Part shown: one piece after another, positions 47,023-55,785 of the stretch | Layout: each line of letters begins with the position of its first letter | Numbering within the stretch: the stretch's first letter is position 1 | Source of the DNA: Actinomycetota bacterium | Lineage (GTDB): Bacteria; Actinomycetota; Actinomycetes; Actinomycetales; Microbacteriaceae | DNA: 64,000 nucleotides | Direction of reading: 5' to 3' | NCBI GenBank assembly: GCA_039795455.1 | Contig: JBDKLV010000056.1 | Coordinates: 355 to 64,354 of the forward strand | Made by a program: the position numbers and the translations under genes | The notes under the pieces: model-generated | What the model was told of the DNA's origin: nothing | The model's database searches: none | Seen by the model: only the letters and a program-made list of their open reading frames with translations

Positions 47023-48140
47023 TGCGCGACCGAATTCGCCGCGCGCTCGATGCGGTGATTGACCCCGAACTTCGCAAACCGATTACCGAACTTGGCATGG
47101 TCGGCGACATCGACGTTGACGGTGACGCGGTTTCAATCAACTTGAAGTTGACCATCGTCGGCTGCCCCGCCGCCGCTCGCATCGAACGCGACACAATTGC
47201 GGCAGCAAAATCGGTTGCCGGCGTTGAATCGGTTTCGGTTCACCTTGGCGTCATGACCACGGATGAACGCGCCGAACTAAAAGCGAAACTATCTGGTAGT
47301 CGCGGCGCACGAGTAAACCCGTTCGACGAGAACACCGATACTCGCATCTATCTGGTTGGTTCGGGCAAGGGCGGCGTCGGCAAGTCTTCGCTGACGGCAA
47401 ATCTTGCAGTTCAGTTGGCAAGCGAAGGTTTCAAAGTTGGGCTTATCGATGCCGACATCTTTGGTTTTTCGATTCCGGGCCAGTTGGGCCTGACCGACAA
47501 ACCGACCAAGGTCGACGACTGGATTCTGCCTCCGGTTTACGAAGTCGGCCCGAACGCCGTGAAAGTAATCTCGATCGGCATGTTCGTCGAAGAGGGTAAG
47601 GCCGTGGCCTGGCGCGGACCAATGCTGCACCGTGCGATTCAGCAATTCTTGACCGATGTGTTCTGGGGCGACCTCGACTTTCTACTAGTCGACCTGCCGC
47701 CTGGCACTGGCGATGTGGCCATTTCACTTGGCCAGCTACTGCCGACCGCCAAGTCGATCGTGGTGACGACTCCCCAGCTGGCCGCCGCCGACATCTCGGC
47801 TCGCACCGCCGCGGTTGGCCTTCAGACTGGGCAGGGCATCCTTGGGGTCATCGAAAACCTGAGCTGGTTCGAGCAGCCCGATGGCACGCGTGCCGAACTC
47901 TATGGCGCCGGCGGCGGCAAGCAGGTTGCCGAGCAACTGACTTCCGAATCGGGCGCGACCGTCGAGTTGTTAGGGCAGGTGCCGTTCAGCATCGCCCTTC
48001 GCGAAGGTTCTGATACCGGCACACCGATCGTGGTCGGCAACCCGGCTGACTCTGCGGCGCAGGCCATCGCGCAGATTGCCAATCGCATTCAGCAAGACAA
48101 GCTGGTTCGAGCATCGCGCAGCCTTAAACTCAACCTGTGA
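47022..48140 (+). CDS. mrp: Mrp/ApbC/NBP35 P-loop ATPase with N-terminal DUF59-like domain
   Basis: DPEL..ITELGMV, GCP, GKGGVGKS, DADIFG, WRGPML, DLPPGTGD motifs. Confidence 0.92.
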   Translation: MRDRIRRALDAVIDPELRKPITELGMVGDIDVDGDAVSINLKLTIVGCPAAARIERDTIAAAKSVAGVESVSVHLGVMTTDERAELKAKLSGSRGARVNPFDENTDTRIYLVGSGKGGVGKSSLTANLAVQLASEGFKVGLIDADIFGFSIPGQLGLTDKPTKVDDWILPPVYEVGPNAVKVISIGMFVEEGKAVAWRGPMLHRAIQQFLTDVFWGDLDFLLVDLPPGTGDVAISLGQLLPTAKSIVVTTPQLAAADISARTAAVGLQTGQGILGVIENLSWFEQPDGTRAELYGAGGGKQVAEQLTSESGATVELLGQVPFSIALREGSDTGTPIVVGNPADSAAQAIAQIANRIQQDKLVRASRSLKLNL

Positions 48141-49666
48141 GTGATACCAGCATCGCGAGCCTGATCTCGCACTTCGCACCGACGGCAGATTCGTTCAGCG
48201 TTTTGAACCCTGCCAATGGCAAGCGCATCTATGACCTGCCGCAACTTTCTGCCGAGCAGGTTGCGATCGAGATTGATCGTGCCCGCGATGCACAAGACGG
48301 ATGGGCGGCTACCGCGGTTCACGATCGCGCCGACATCATGTTGCGCTTTCACGATTTGATGCAGCAAGAGCAAGACAAAATTCTCGACCTGTTGCAACTA
48401 GAAACCGGCAAGTCGCGTGCACACGCCGTCGAAGAATTCGCAGGTGCGCTCGGCTCGGCTCGTTACTTTGCCAAGATTGCCGACAAGGCACTTTCACACA
48501 AGAAGGCGCGCACTGGCGTACCGGTGCTGCTTAAGTCGAGTGTCTCGCACGTTCCAGTTGGCGTCGTTGGCGTCATCATTCCTTGGAACTACCCGCTGGC
48601 TCTGGCCGTGATGGACATTGCTCCTGCGCTAATGGCCGGCAACACGGTCGTTCACAAGAGCGACAACCAGACATCTTTGGTTTCGCTGTTTACCCGTCAG
48701 CTTGCGATCGAGGCCGGATTGCCAGAAGACGCTTGGCGTATCGTCGCCGGCGACGGAGCAACCGTTGGCAATGCCATCACGGATGGCGTTGACTACGTGG
48801 CATTCACCGGCTCGACCGCTACGGGCCGCGTGGTCGCCCAGCGCGCTGCGGCTCGCCTGATTGGCGCGTCACTCGAGCTCGGCGGCAAGAACCCAGCCAT
48901 CGTCTTGCCTAGCGCCGACCTGGCCAAGGCCGCTCGTCAGGTGGCTGCCGGATCGTTCGGCAACGGCGGGCAGCTCTGCGTTTCGCTCTCGCGCATCTAT
49001 GTGCCAAATGCTCTCAAGGCAGAGTTCGAACGCGAGTTCGTCTCGGTGGTGCAGAGTTTGAAGGTTGGCCGCTCGAGCGACTTTAGTTTCGACATTGGCA
49101 CCCTCACCTCGGCGGCTCAACTTGCTCGCGTCGAGCGCTTCTTGGGCGACGCCATCGGCAAGGGTGCTCGCCTACTGACCGGCGGCAAGCAGCTTGCCGA
49201 GATCGGCCCCTACTTCTTCGAACCGACAGTAATCACCGATGTGCCTGAGAACGCCGAGATCTATCGCGAAGAAGTCTTTGGCCCAGTGATTGCGGTTTAC
49301 GGCTACGACACCGTCGACGACGCGGTGAATCTGGCAAACGACACCGTCTACGGATTGAACGCCGCGGTCTTCGGCAACGCGAGCGAAGCCAAGCGCGTGG
49401 CTAATCGCCTCGAGGCCGGCTCGGTGAACATCAACGAGGGCTACCGTGCATCGTTCGCCTCGTTCGATGCACCGATGGGCGGCTTCAAGCAGAGCGGTCA
49501 GGGTCGTCGTGGTGGCATCGGTGGCCTGCTTCGTTTCACCGAAGCGCGCACAGTTGGAGTCGCTCGCTCAGTTTTGGGAATCGGCCTTCCAACTTCGGCA
49601 AAACAGTGGAAGCGAATGGCTCCGCTAATGGATCGCCTGGCGACGATTCTGCGCAGACTGCCTTAG
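48137..49666 (+). CDS. Aldehyde dehydrogenase (succinate-semialdehyde dehydrogenase-like)
   Basis: PWNYP, FTGST, LELGGKN, GQLCVS, EEVFGP, GGFKQSG motifs. Confidence 0.9.
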   Translation: MSDTSIASLISHFAPTADSFSVLNPANGKRIYDLPQLSAEQVAIEIDRARDAQDGWAATAVHDRADIMLRFHDLMQQEQDKILDLLQLETGKSRAHAVEEFAGALGSARYFAKIADKALSHKKARTGVPVLLKSSVSHVPVGVVGVIIPWNYPLALAVMDIAPALMAGNTVVHKSDNQTSLVSLFTRQLAIEAGLPEDAWRIVAGDGATVGNAITDGVDYVAFTGSTATGRVVAQRAAARLIGASLELGGKNPAIVLPSADLAKAARQVAAGSFGNGGQLCVSLSRIYVPNALKAEFEREFVSVVQSLKVGRSSDFSFDIGTLTSAAQLARVERFLGDAIGKGARLLTGGKQLAEIGPYFFEPTVITDVPENAEIYREEVFGPVIAVYGYDTVDDAVNLANDTVYGLNAAVFGNASEAKRVANRLEAGSVNINEGYRASFASFDAPMGGFKQSGQGRRGGIGGLLRFTEARTVGVARSVLGIGLPTSAKQWKRMAPLMDRLATILRRLP

Positions 49667-49675
49667 CGGTAGCTA

Positions 49676-50032
49676 CTAGGTAGATTCTGGGTCGAACGGC
49701 GCGGCCTCGCCAGCGCTCAACGGCTTCGACTTCTTCTTACCCTCGGTAATGATCGGCTTGGACGCCATGATGGCCGCCGACTCTTCGCGCAGTGCATCCT
49801 TGATGATTCGACGTGGGTCGTACTGACGTGGATCGAGCTTGCGCCAATCGAGGTCTTCGACCTCTTCGCCAATCTCTTCGCTCAACTGCGATTTGGCGCT
49901 TTCGGCCATGCGGCGAGCCGACTTAACGAACTGCGCCAACTTCTGTGCGTAACCGGGCAGCTTGTCAGGGCCGAGCACGAAAGCTGCGATCAACCCAAGG
50001 ATGATCAGCTTCTCGCCACTTAGTCCAAACAC
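49676..50032 (-). CDS. tatB: Sec-independent translocase subunit TatB
   Basis: MFGLSGEK..AFVLGPDKLP, amphipathic helix, DPRQYDPRRII, FDPEST. Confidence 0.85.
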   Translation of the reverse strand: MFGLSGEKLIILGLIAAFVLGPDKLPGYAQKLAQFVKSARRMAESAKSQLSEEIGEEVEDLDWRKLDPRQYDPRRIIKDALREESAAIMASKPIITEGKKKSKPLSAGEAAPFDPEST

Positions 50033-50091
50033 CCATTTAGGTTACGCCAATACCGAGCCGCGGGCGGCGGGGCGGTTAGAGTTGCCACAAC

Positions 50092-50721
50092 ATGGTCGAC
50101 AAAATCACGAGTTGGAAATACACCGAGGATGCGGTGTTCGAAGATGACATTCTTCGTGCCGCTCGCGCTCGCGCCGAGGAACTCGGTGTCGAATGCTCGA
50201 CCGCATCTGTCGGCGCGATGCTCTCGCTGCTGGTCAACACTCTTGGCGCAAAGGCAATAGTCGAGGCCGGCACCGGAACGGGTGTGGCCAGCCTCTATCT
50301 GCTTCGCGGTTCGGCCAACGCAGTGCTAGCCACAATCGACTCTGAGTCAGAACACCAGGCCGCAGCCAAACTCGCTTTCACCGAGGCAGGCGTTGCCGCC
50401 AACCGCCTTCGTGTAATTACCGGCAAGGCCGCCGACGTCATGGCAAACATGGCGGATGCCGCTTACGACCTGGTTTACCTCGATGCCGACCGCGATACTC
50501 TCGGCACTCAGATCTCTGAATCGCTGCGCATGCTTCGCCCTGGCGGCGCGCTGGTCATCGCGCACGCACTCTGGCGCGACCGCGTGCCAGATCAGGCAAT
50601 GCGCGATGAGGCAACCCAGACTTACCGCGACGTGATCGCTTCACTCGAGGGTTCCGATGACCTGGTCACCGCGCTGCTACCTATCGGCGATGGACTCTTC
50701 ATCGCGTCGAAACGCAACTAG
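50092..50721 (+). CDS. O-methyltransferase (Rv1220c-like)
   Basis: VEAGTGTGV, YDLVYLDAD, LRPGG, LPIGDGL motifs. Confidence 0.9.
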   Translation: MVDKITSWKYTEDAVFEDDILRAARARAEELGVECSTASVGAMLSLLVNTLGAKAIVEAGTGTGVASLYLLRGSANAVLATIDSESEHQAAAKLAFTEAGVAANRLRVITGKAADVMANMADAAYDLVYLDADRDTLGTQISESLRMLRPGGALVIAHALWRDRVPDQAMRDEATQTYRDVIASLEGSDDLVTALLPIGDGLFIASKRN

Positions 50722-50759
50722 CGAACATCCTTGATTAGTCCGCCTGAACCGGCGGGCAT

Positions 50760-50790
50760 AAAAAAGACCCGACCAATTGGCCGGGTCTTT
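50760..50790 (-). terminator. Intrinsic terminator after DUF3117, possibly bidirectional
   Basis: Minus strand aaagacccggccaattggtcgggtctttttt, between convergent genes. Confidence 0.8.
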
Positions 50791-50797
50791 AGAAGTC

Positions 50798-50974
50798 TTA
50801 CTTCTTCTTGATGATTGGCTGCAGGTGCTTCTGCAATTCTTCAAGCTCGCTCTTGTCTAGTACGACCTGTACACGACCGCCCCCATCAGCTGGAATGCGG
50901 AGAGTGTAAAGCCCGCGAGGTTCAGGAACAATTTCCATTGGGCCGTCACCGGTGCGAGGTTTCTGTGCTGCCAT
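50798..50974 (-). CDS. DUF3117 family small protein
   Basis: MAAQKPRTGDGPMEIV..RIPADGGGRVQVVL; AAGGAG RBS. Confidence 0.88.
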   Translation of the reverse strand: MAAQKPRTGDGPMEIVPEPRGLYTLRIPADGGGRVQVVLDKSELEELQKHLQPIIKKK

Positions 50975-51092
50975 TACTACTCCTTGAAAATTGGCTTTAC
51001 GCCGAAATTCAATTCTACCCGCGCGCCCCGACACGAGAAAGGGGCGGTTACATTCTCGTTATTTTTCTAAGAATCCGCGCGGGCACAGTGGT

Positions 51093-52259
51093 TTACGGCG
51101 GCGTGTAGTCGGGGGCCGTGTACTTCCAGCAGGCCAAAAGCCAGACAACCTGCCCGATCAGGCTGGCCGCAATAATGCCGCCGCGAACCACTTTGGGCTT
51201 ATCGACCGTCGCGATTGCCAGGCCGGCTAGCAGTGGAAAAGCCGGCAACAGGATGCGCGGGGTGCTCGACTGCGGAAAGAAAACCGCGAACAAATAGACC
51301 AGGTAGGCGATCGACCAGAGCCAAAGCTCGACCCCAATTGCCCGCACGCTCGGCCTAGTCAGTAGCCAAACCATGAGCCCAAGAACCCCCAGCACGAAGA
51401 ACTGACCGAGCCCATCGCCCAAGTAGAAGCTGGCGCTTTCGAACCAACCCATGAACGGAGCAATCGAGTCACTGCCGGTATAGCCGGCTCGCCAGGCGTT
51501 CTCTGTCTTGAGATAAGCATCGAAGCGGCCGGTGGTCGACCAGGCAATCAACAGCCACGCGATTCCCAAAACACCAGCGCCGAGGGTCAGCACGAATAGT
51601 CGAACTCGCTCGCGTGCATCCGTGCGGTGAATCACAAACAAAATCGCGAACATCAGCGCGAAGGCCAGCACACCCGGGCGCGTCAGCGCCGCGATTGCGA
51701 GCGCAGCCAAGACCAACACATCGCGCCGCTGCAAAAAGTAATAGAGCGCTGCGGCGATAAGTGCCAGCTGCATTGACTCGGCGTATCCAGTTTGCAAAAC
51801 GGGCGACGCCCAGGCGAACGAAATGATCGCAACGGTCCAAAGCGATGTGCGCTCGTCGAGTCGAAGTCGAAGCAGCTTGTATGCGTAAACGATAAAAACA
51901 AATCCAAAGGCCGTTGCGATCAGCGGTGCGAGATATTTCCAATCGAGCGGAATTACAAAATGGATTGCGCGGAGTAAAAACGGAAAGCCGGGATAGAACG
52001 CCCACTCGTTTTGCAGCACTGCCCCGTCACTACCGAGTGGCAAAACACTCGGGTAACCGTGATCGAAAACGCGGTGGTACCACTCGACATCCCAGATGTT
52101 TAGAAAGTCAAAGTAGCCGGGCTGAGCACCAGTCCAATAGTTGGCTTCTTGAATTTGCGAGATGGCAAAAAAGAGCGCGAATGTAGTCAGACGAGCCGAG
52201 GCAAAAATGGCAACCGCACCGAACCACCATTTGGTGCGAAGCGACTGCAGCAGGTTCAT
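51093..52259 (-). CDS. GT-C fold membrane glycosyltransferase (mannosyltransferase PIG-V/GT76-like)
   Basis: WDVEWY..GYP, AFYPGFP, GYAES, TRP motifs; multiple TMs. Confidence 0.78.
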   Translation of the reverse strand: MNLLQSLRTKWWFGAVAIFASARLTTFALFFAISQIQEANYWTGAQPGYFDFLNIWDVEWYHRVFDHGYPSVLPLGSDGAVLQNEWAFYPGFPFLLRAIHFVIPLDWKYLAPLIATAFGFVFIVYAYKLLRLRLDERTSLWTVAIISFAWASPVLQTGYAESMQLALIAAALYYFLQRRDVLVLAALAIAALTRPGVLAFALMFAILFVIHRTDARERVRLFVLTLGAGVLGIAWLLIAWSTTGRFDAYLKTENAWRAGYTGSDSIAPFMGWFESASFYLGDGLGQFFVLGVLGLMVWLLTRPSVRAIGVELWLWSIAYLVYLFAVFFPQSSTPRILLPAFPLLAGLAIATVDKPKVVRGGIIAASLIGQVVWLLACWKYTAPDYTPP

Positions 52260-53336
52260 TTAGTTGCTGAGCCAGGTGCGAAGCGCCGCCTCGCACGAGT
52301 AAATCTGTTCGACCGGCACTGCCTCGTCGTCGGCGTGGGCCTTGTTCGGATCTCCCGGGCCAAAGTTCACTGCAGGAATACCAAGCTCACTAAAGCGGGC
52401 CACGTCGGTCCAGCCGTATTTAGGCATCGGAGTCGAGCCGGTGGCGGCCACGAAGGCCGCTGCCTCTGGGCGATCGAGGCCAGGTCGAGCACCTTCGCTC
52501 AGGTCTGTCATCTTTATTTCGAAACCATCGAACAGCTCGCAAAGGTGAGCAGCGGCCTGCTGCCCGGTCTTGTTCGGAGCAAATCGGTAGTTGACCGTCA
52601 CAAGGGCCTCGTCAGGAATCACGTTGGTGGCGATGCCTCCGCTGATCAACACGGCGTTCATGCTCTCGCGGTAAACCAGCCCGTCAACCTCAACATCGGC
52701 GGGCTGATAGGCGTTCAAGCGGTTCAAGATTTCGGCAGCCCCGTGAATGGCGTTCTTACCCATCCATGCTCTGGCCGAGTGTGCCTTTACTCCGCGAGCG
52801 CGCAATTCAACACGGATGGTGCCATTGCAACCACCCTCGATCTGGGCACTGGTCGGCTCGCACAAGATGGCGAATGAACCCTCGAGTAGTTCGGGCTGGG
52901 TGCGGGCAAGGCGGCCGAGGCCGTTCTTGGTTGCTTCGACCTCTTCGTGGTCGTAGAAAATCCAGGTGATGTCGCGGTTGGCATCGCTCAGGGTTGCGGC
53001 CAACTTGAGCTGCACGGCGACACCGGCCTTCATGTCGACCGTGCCACGACCCCAGAGCATGCGGCCCTCGGCGGTGTCGACGAACCTGGTCGGTAGGTTT
53101 TCGGCAACCGGCACGGTGTCGATGTGGCCGGCAATCACAACACGGCTGTCGCGGCCAAAGTTGGTTCGCGCGACAATCGCATCCTGGTTGCGGATCACTT
53201 CGAGGTGCGGGTACTTGGCGAGTGCGGTCTCGATGGCATCGGCCAGCGACTTTTCGTTGCCAGAGACCGATTCGATGTCGCAGATGGCGCGAGTTAGCTC
53301 GGCAACATCGCTTTCGAGGTTCAACTGGCCAGACAT
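52260..53336 (-). CDS. dapE: Succinyl-diaminopimelate desuccinylase
   Basis: AGHIDTVP, GRGTVDMK, EEV, AHSAR, GWTDVARF, AHADDE motifs. Confidence 0.95.
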   Translation of the reverse strand: MSGQLNLESDVAELTRAICDIESVSGNEKSLADAIETALAKYPHLEVIRNQDAIVARTNFGRDSRVVIAGHIDTVPVAENLPTRFVDTAEGRMLWGRGTVDMKAGVAVQLKLAATLSDANRDITWIFYDHEEVEATKNGLGRLARTQPELLEGSFAILCEPTSAQIEGGCNGTIRVELRARGVKAHSARAWMGKNAIHGAAEILNRLNAYQPADVEVDGLVYRESMNAVLISGGIATNVIPDEALVTVNYRFAPNKTGQQAAAHLCELFDGFEIKMTDLSEGARPGLDRPEAAAFVAATGSTPMPKYGWTDVARFSELGIPAVNFGPGDPNKAHADDEAVPVEQIYSCEAALRTWLSN

Positions 53337-53366
53337 AGAACGAGCCTAACTTGTAATCTTGGAGTC

Positions 53367-54320
53367 GTGACTGAAGCAACTTTCGTAGATTCCAAGGCCT
53401 GGGGCCACGGCCTCGCAACCGTCGCCGCTGACGGCACCGTTCTCGACGTTTGGTTCAGCGAGCCAAAGCTTGGCGCCGCCCCTCAGTCAGATGCCCTCTA
53501 CGTAGTGCCTAAAGAACTCGATGCCTTGGTCGGCGAAGACGCTCGCCGTCGCGTCTCGACCCAGTGGCTTCGCGTCGAGATTGACCTGACCCTGCCGGTT
53601 GCCGGGACCGCCGATGCCTACCTGCGCCTTCACCTGCTCAGCCACCGCCTAGTCAAGCCAAACAGCATCAACCTAGATGGGCTGATTCCTGCGCTGCCAA
53701 TCGTGGCCTTCACCAACGTGGGACCTATGACCGTTACCGATGCCGAAGCCCTTCGTGGCTCGCTTCAGCGCCAGGGCATTCAGATTTATGCCATCGACAA
53801 ATTCCCAAGGATGACCGACTACGTCTTGCCGCCAAAGGTACGTATCGCCGATGCCTCGCGTGTGCGTCTCGGCGCCTACCTATCGCCTGGCACCACGATC
53901 ATGCACGAGGGCTTCGTGAACTTTAACGCCGGCACCCTGGGTGTCTCGATGGTTGAGGGTCGCATTTCGCAGGGCGTTGTTGTTGGCGATGGCAGCGACA
54001 TCGGTGGCGGTGCTTCGATCATGGGAACCCTCTCTGGCGGAGGCAAGCAGCGCATCACCATTGGTGAGCGCGCGCTGCTTGGAGCAAACTCTGGCGTGGG
54101 AATCTCGATTGGCGATGACTCTGTTGTTGAGTCGGGCCTCTACGTAACGGCAGGCACCAAGGTCACCATCATCGACGGTGGCGAAGAGCGTGCGGTTAAG
54201 GCTTCAGATCTAAACGGAATGCCGAACCTGTTGTTCCGTCGCAACTCTGTCTCGGGTCGCGTCGAGGTGCTGCCTCGAACCGGCGAGGGCATCAAGCTCA
54301 ACTCTCAGCTGCACGCCTAG
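53367..54320 (+). CDS. dapD: Tetrahydrodipicolinate N-succinyltransferase (actinobacterial type)
   Basis: YLRLHLLSHR, DKFPRMTDY, MHEGFVNFNAGT, hexapeptide repeats, FRRNS. Confidence 0.95.
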   Translation: MTEATFVDSKAWGHGLATVAADGTVLDVWFSEPKLGAAPQSDALYVVPKELDALVGEDARRRVSTQWLRVEIDLTLPVAGTADAYLRLHLLSHRLVKPNSINLDGLIPALPIVAFTNVGPMTVTDAEALRGSLQRQGIQIYAIDKFPRMTDYVLPPKVRIADASRVRLGAYLSPGTTIMHEGFVNFNAGTLGVSMVEGRISQGVVVGDGSDIGGGASIMGTLSGGGKQRITIGERALLGANSGVGISIGDDSVVESGLYVTAGTKVTIIDGGEERAVKASDLNGMPNLLFRRNSVSGRVEVLPRTGEGIKLNSQLHA

Positions 54321-54328
54321 TTGAACAA

Positions 54329-55297
54329 CTAGTCGCGAACGCTGTCCCAGCCGCCCTCGGCAACCGGCGCAAAGTCGAGCAACACGTCGTGGTTGGTTCG
54401 CGCGATTACCTCGCCGATTACCTTGAACTCACGCGGCAGCTGCGCATCCTTGCTGAACGTTGCGAACAGCGAGTGATCTTCGCCACCATCTAGCACCCAG
54501 TCGAAAGCGTTTGCGCCGATTGCGCGTGCGGCTTCTTCGAGCATGGCCTCGAAACCTTGCAGGTCGCGACGATTCAGCGCGAGAGTCACACCTGATGCCT
54601 TTGCGATGCGAGCGGCGTCGCGCGAAAGTCCGTCACTGAGATCGAGCATCGAGGTAGCGCCAGCAGTGGCCGCAGCCACACCCGAAGCAATCGGAGGCAG
54701 CGGGCGGCGCTGAAAGTCGACCAGCGCATCGTAAGAGTTGATTGCGTCGCGATTGCCCGACTGCAACAAGGCCAAACCGGCGGCAGCCTTGCCGAGAGTT
54801 CCGGCAACTGCGACGACATCGCCAACCTTTGCACCCGAACGAAGCAACGGCTCGCGACCCTCAAGGTCGCCGTGCGCGGTTACAGAAACCACGGTGGTTG
54901 CTCCGGTCGCCAGGTCACCGCCAACCACAGAGGCGGCAGGTGCGAGCTGTAGGCATCCGTCGCGTAGCCCATCGGCAAAAGATTCGAGCCATTCGATCTG
55001 GGTGTCGGGGCGGCAAATTAGAGCAACCACGAGCGAGGTTGGCTTTGCACCCATGGCCGCAACATCGGCAACGTTCGACGCGATCGCCTTGAAGCCAAGG
55101 TCGTATGCGCTCGACCAGTCGAGACGAAAATCGTGGCCTTCGACCATGGTGTCGGTGGTTACCGTGAAGCGTCCGTCGGGCGATGCGACCACCGCCGAGT
55201 CATCGCCGGGGCCGACCAGGGCCGATGGCGTCGTGCCCAGCCGCGCGATGGTTCGGCGCAGGCTCTCGTTCTCTCCGAGTTCGGCAATAGTTGGCAC
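54329..55297 (-). CDS. thiL: Thiamine-monophosphate kinase
   Basis: GPGDDSA, TTD, DVAAMGA, GGD, DLSDGL, GGEDH motifs. Confidence 0.95.
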   Translation of the reverse strand: MPTIAELGENESLRRTIARLGTTPSALVGPGDDSAVVASPDGRFTVTTDTMVEGHDFRLDWSSAYDLGFKAIASNVADVAAMGAKPTSLVVALICRPDTQIEWLESFADGLRDGCLQLAPAASVVGGDLATGATTVVSVTAHGDLEGREPLLRSGAKVGDVVAVAGTLGKAAAGLALLQSGNRDAINSYDALVDFQRRPLPPIASGVAAATAGATSMLDLSDGLSRDAARIAKASGVTLALNRRDLQGFEAMLEEAARAIGANAFDWVLDGGEDHSLFATFSKDAQLPREFKVIGEVIARTNHDVLLDFAPVAEGGWDSVRD

Positions 55298-55303
55298 CCG
55301 TCA

Positions 55304-55313
55304 AAGGTAGCCT
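55304..55313. promoter_or_regulatory. Overlapping bidirectional -10 elements (TACCTT minus, TAGCCT plus)
   Basis: TACCTT-N6-GTG for thiL and TAGCCT-N7-ATG for DUF3515; 23 bp between the start codons. Confidence 0.65.
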
Positions 55314-55320
55314 GTAATCG

Positions 55321-55776
55321 ATGTCAAAAACACGGATGTTCACCGCCCTGATCGGCGCAATCGCACTGTCATTCGTGCTAAGCGCCTGCTCCCCCGTGGT
55401 TTCACTCCAGGCCGCTGACTCAGCCAACGACCCGGCCTGCGCTGCCGTAACTGTTCGCCTGCCTGACACCGTCGACGGGCTTGCCAGCCGAAGCACTGAC
55501 GCTCAGGCGACCGGAGCCTGGGGCACCCCAGCAGCCGTGCTGCTGCGTTGCGGGCTTGCACCGGTCGCGGTCAGCACGCTCAAGTGTGTGACCGAAGCCG
55601 GGGTTGACTGGCTGATCGACGACACCAAAGCCCCGACCTATCGATTCATTACTTTTGCGCGCACTCCCGCAATCGAAGTGGTTGTCGATTCAACCAAGGC
55701 TGCTGGCGTGAATGTGCTCGACGATTTGGTTTCGGCAGTTTCGCAAATCGCAGCGACCGATCACTGCGTCGGCTAG
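55321..55776 (+). CDS. DUF3515 family lipoprotein
   Basis: Lipobox LSAC, RLPDTV, AWG.P..LRCG, GVDW, R.PA.EV. Confidence 0.85.
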   Translation: MSKTRMFTALIGAIALSFVLSACSPVVSLQAADSANDPACAAVTVRLPDTVDGLASRSTDAQATGAWGTPAAVLLRCGLAPVAVSTLKCVTEAGVDWLIDDTKAPTYRFITFARTPAIEVVVDSTKAAGVNVLDDLVSAVSQIAATDHCVG

Positions 55777-55785
55777 TTTGTGCGC

